DNA from: Phoronis australis
Taxonomy: Eukaryota > Animalia > Phoronida
Direction of reading: 5' to 3'
NCBI GenBank assembly: GCA_002633005.1
Contig: NMRA01000225.1
Span: 1 to 64,000, forward strand
Length of the DNA stretch: 64,000 nucleotides
Part shown: in pieces, positions 60,239-64,000 of the stretch
How the letters are laid out: each line of letters opens with the position of its first letter
Numbering within the stretch: the first letter of the stretch is position 1
The notes under the pieces: generated by a model
The model's input: the letters and a program-made list of their open reading frames with translations, nothing else
The model's database searches: none
Told to the model about the DNA's origin: nothing
Made by a program: the position numbers and the translations under genes

Positions 60239-62404
60239 GTAAAAAAAAACACATGCTATGAACATTCCCACTAAATAAAATTGGTTCTAACCCCGGTGGT
60301 TAAGGTAAACGGCGGGGTATGGAAAATTGAACTGGACCGTATTTATCCACCTTGGCTGAGTCGCACTCGGCTCACGATCAAAGGGATGCCGCCAGGCTGC
60401 TCTAGTCATCGAGTCACGAGCGAGGATAATTGGCTTCGCTCATGCGGATATGATCAGCTGATTACAATCTAGCTAGCAGACTGTACTTTTTATGGTGAGA
60501 GTTTTACGTAGTTTTTACTGTAATATTTGAAAAGAGGAGCGAAAACAAATATGAGTACAACTTTGAATTTTTCAAATCGGCCCAGGATAAGAGATTTTGC
60601 AACACAGCAACACTCACGATTACTTTCATTCGGCGCGCACTAATACAAAAATATAGGACCCAAGTTATTTAGATTTTGGAACACATGCATTGCAATATTC
60701 AAAATACTTTTATTATGAATCTTACAAGCTGTAAAACGACGTTGTTAATTTCATTGTGTTCATTCATTGTCATCCGTCAAATCGGCAATTTCCGAGATGT
60801 GATCTGCGGCGTGCGCGTATGTGTACAAAACACGTGATTGTTATGTTCCTGAAGTACGAAAATTAAGAAGGCTTTAACATGCCGTTATTATTGACAGGGA
60901 CACGATAAAACGAATTTGGATTTTGACTATAGTCTTGATACAGCGATCTGACTGACCACTGCGTCAGTGTCTCCGTTAGACCCAGAAATTTCACACAGCC
61001 CGGGTAGTTCATTTCGTCCCCAACATGTAGATCGAGCCTTGGACTATTAATACTCCACGGCAGAGCTAACGACAGTCGGCCTGTGCACACAAAATCTGTG
61101 AGTTAACCAGCACTCACCTTGCACGTTACAGCCGTTTAAGTGAAAAACAATCTAGTAAACGCCATTTTCTTGCATAATCCTCCGCCTTTTGTAACAAAAA
61201 AGTCTATCGTCGATGACCCGCACACGCACGCTCACTCACTCTCATACACAGACGACCTTCAAAACAAACGTCACGTGACAACAACATGTGTGTTCATCCA
61301 GAGATTTTTCTCTTGTTGTGGAGTACGATGTAGCGCACATTTGGACTTAATCGCAATTAATCTGGACTCCACATGAACTTTAAAAATTGTAAAACATCAG
61401 GAAGATTTCAGGTAATTTGTTGAGTCGAAACTATATTTTTATTCAAGAGTACAAGTTTTCCTATTGACGATGGCGATTCAGCGGCGACGCATCAGTCGGC
61501 AAGTTTTCGCCCTGTGATGAGCACAATTTTTTGAAAAATTATCGTAATTTAACAACGGAAGTTCATAGCAATGCACCACAATTTTGTAGAAAGACTGTCA
61601 TAGGCTAAAAATTCGTCACAAAGCGTAAATTTTATGAATCCTAGCTTCCGATTTTACCCGTTTGGGAAACCGGCTTTCAACTGCCGTAGGCTACAATAAG
61701 AATCCCCTCCCCGTGAAATGATTTTTTCTAAGCGTTTATTAGAGCCAATACAGTATACAGCTTTCCACCAAGGCTAGGTGATACTACGACATTATTCTTT
61801 GTTGCATTAGTAACTGGTCTTGGCTAATATTATCATTTTATGGCCTGGTCATCCATTCAGCCAAAAGTAGTTCCAGAGGTGGCTTATCAGCCAATTATTC
61901 ACGCATGCTGACTCACAATAGAAGCCTGATAAGAGTGAAGGTGGATAAATGCGGTGTTCCAAGTTCTTGTTTTAGTGGATGTGTTCACGACATGAGATTA
62001 CTTCAAAGATTTTGTTAACCATCAGCCATTGGACTGGGTCCCGCAAAGGGTCAGATTGGCTCAACTTCAGTCCAGAGATTTGATGACTCATTTCTAAGAT
62101 TAGTGTAGAGAAAATTAGCTCCCCTTGCCACTCAAGTTTGTCTGAAGGTAATTTTTCCACATTGTGTCACATACTGCTAAAGAGATCCATAGGTTGAATT
62201 TCTTTTTGAGACAGAACTCTGTGTCTTTAGCTATATAGTTTGTGACTGTTCATTTCTTAATTTTTGTAACCTTTTTAACTACGCAGCGGTAAGAAACTTT
62301 GATTTTGTTTGAAATTTTTTGTAAAGTATGCTCAGATGTTGCAGTGACACCTAGTGGCTAACATTGGATAACTGCTCTGCTCACATCCTTGTGTTTGGAA
62401 CTTC

Positions 62405-62565
62405 TTGTGTGAGAAAACTGTTCTTGAATGTTTGTTGTTGGATATATTGTGCCAGGATTTTCTGAACCAGTTTTCTCCACTGCATAACGAGCATCAAACT
62501 GGTTTTCAAAGTGTGGGCACATTATATTCGACTATTGCCTTATTAACTAAGATGACTACTGGTTC
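62405..62565 (+). pseudogene. Decayed LINE reverse-transcriptase fragment
   Basis: KTVLE...DFL...HNEHQTGFQ...YSTIALLTKMT resembles the RT region SKxLE...QxGFR...ST.TAL. Confidence 0.45.
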
Positions 62566-63331
62566 ATTTGTGAATGCAGAGCATATTTTGTGTGAAACTT
62601 AAGTTCTGTTAATGCATCAAATCTTTGGCATGTTTGGCATCAAACTGTACGATGTTTCAAAGCTCTTTCCTCCTAAGCACCCTAATTTTTTTTCACCTCA
62701 ATTCTGTTCTTGCTAACTCAACTAGTCATAGAAAATACAACCTGAAATGCCCAATGTGTAACAATTAAATAATATGTGTGCATTACCGAGATATTTTTAG
62801 CTGGCTCTTGCTTGCAGCACATTTGCTGGCGTTCTCACACTTCGGGGCATGTTTTGAGTGTTTTGAGATCGCTTGCTTTCTCTATCACCGATCAATTTGG
62901 GGCAAAGCTTGGCCACCATACTCAAAAAAGCCATTTGTCCAGCTGATTTTCAAAATGTCCTATCAGATTTTGACACTGCAAGACAAACATCCAAGACCTC
63001 TGATGCTTTCACTGTTCAGGTGAACGCTCATAATGTCCACTGTAAAAAGCATAAAAGCATGTTGTCTTGCTTGTGATCTTTATCAATGGCTCGCTTGATG
63101 CTGTTTTCATCAATGTAGTTTTGATCATAGACTTACAGTTTATTGCAGTCTGTCACGGCATGTTATGTCAAAAATGAAAACAAAATGTAGTTTTTCTGAT
63201 TTTAACTCGGTCTGTACATTTTGGGCTGGTGTCCATGGTGGCTTAGATCTTTGTAGATGGTTTTAAATCATGGGTGTCCTTCACACACAGTAGGCTTTTT
63301 GAAATTTTTATGCAGAGTCAGTGAAGCAGCG

Positions 63332-63440
63332 TAGAGTTCAATAAAGCTCTCTCGCGACAAGAAAAATCTAGCCAAACTCATTGCTCTCATTTAAAATACA
63401 CAGCAATATCTCGCAAAGACTTGCCTTTTTTACGAGATCT
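63332..63440. mobile_element. Diverged inverted copy of the 1902-2036 MITE
   Basis: gtagagttca...gaaaaatctagcca...taaaatacac...atatctcgc mirrors ~1930-2035. Confidence 0.65.
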
Positions 63441-63499
63441 TCTCATTATTGAACTCCAACCAGTTCTTTGTTAACCCCACTCTTACCAGACAATTGTGT

Positions 63500-63615
63500 C
63501 AGTTGACCTGTGTAAATAAACAGTCAGCTTTAGTTAACAAAAGGTTTATGTCCTGGCTGAGAAGTTTACTGTTTCATTATCCCCTGTTGATCAGTGAATA
63601 GCCAAGCCTGGAATG
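63500..63615. repeat. Short dispersed repeat shared with ~37185-37295
   Basis: ctgtgtaa..taaaca...aacaaagg...gtcctggctgaga...tgaatagc.aagc..ggaatg occurs in both. Confidence 0.6.
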
Positions 63616-64000
63616 ATATTGGTGTTTGCTGAATAGTTGACCATTTTTCAATATTAATTTATCCCATATAAACCTGTTTGCCAAGTATTAATTTTGTACA
63701 GTACAAGCCAATTGAAAACAGGCAAAATACTGTAGTTTCAAATTTTGATGATGGCCTGCAGATTCTTTGTGCTTGCTTACTTCCAGCTGAAAATGATGGG
63801 TTATGATCCATGGTGACTCGTCACCGTTGTACTGAATCTCTTTTCATAAACAATCAATGCCAGCACAAGGTCTTATTAATGTATAGTAAATAGAAGCACT
63901 TTGATCTAATAACCATTGTACACAGTCATGCACAGTGAACTTGGCAAAAATGATGTCTACAATTTGATTATCGTCATTCGTAATCATGGTGTATCATGGT

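Noticed and set aside
62801-63019. Next PKHD1L1-like exon
   Set aside because: Phase-1 translations from the nearby acceptors lack TIG features or hit a stop.

Overview
This is eukaryotic genomic DNA, most likely from an invertebrate animal (spliceosomal introns, roughly 35-40% GC by eye). The species cannot be identified from the sequence. From 23.9 kb to at least 60.2 kb on the + strand is a multi-exon fibrocystin-L/PKHD1L1-like gene. I traced 27 GT-AG exons by hand (3,669 nt, about 1,220 aa, all intron phases consistent), encoding IPT/TIG repeats and a PA14 domain. The signal-peptide exon was not found, and the gene presumably continues beyond the window. The first 23 kb and the introns are rich in mobile elements. 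These include a lightly mutated CR1-group LINE (- strand, about 2.37-6.2 kb) with a 2A ribosomal-skipping peptide and a 243-bp THAP-transposon fragment fused in frame inside its endonuclease. There is also a Penelope relic with an inverted minimal hammerhead ribozyme, several MITEs, Helentron/HINE-like elements and dispersed repeats. Three near-identical tandem duplications each sit on a single N and are probably uncollapsed haplotypes. Splicing-related oddities are a 58-bp VNTR that multiplies a 5' splice site, two 30-nt micro-exons, a candidate GC-AG cassette exon, and inverted intronic repeats bracketing exon blocks. No database searches were run; family assignments rest on motif recognition and recalled sequences. 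I found no clearly new biological system; the best leads are the THAP-APE/2A LINE chimera and the splice-site VNTR.
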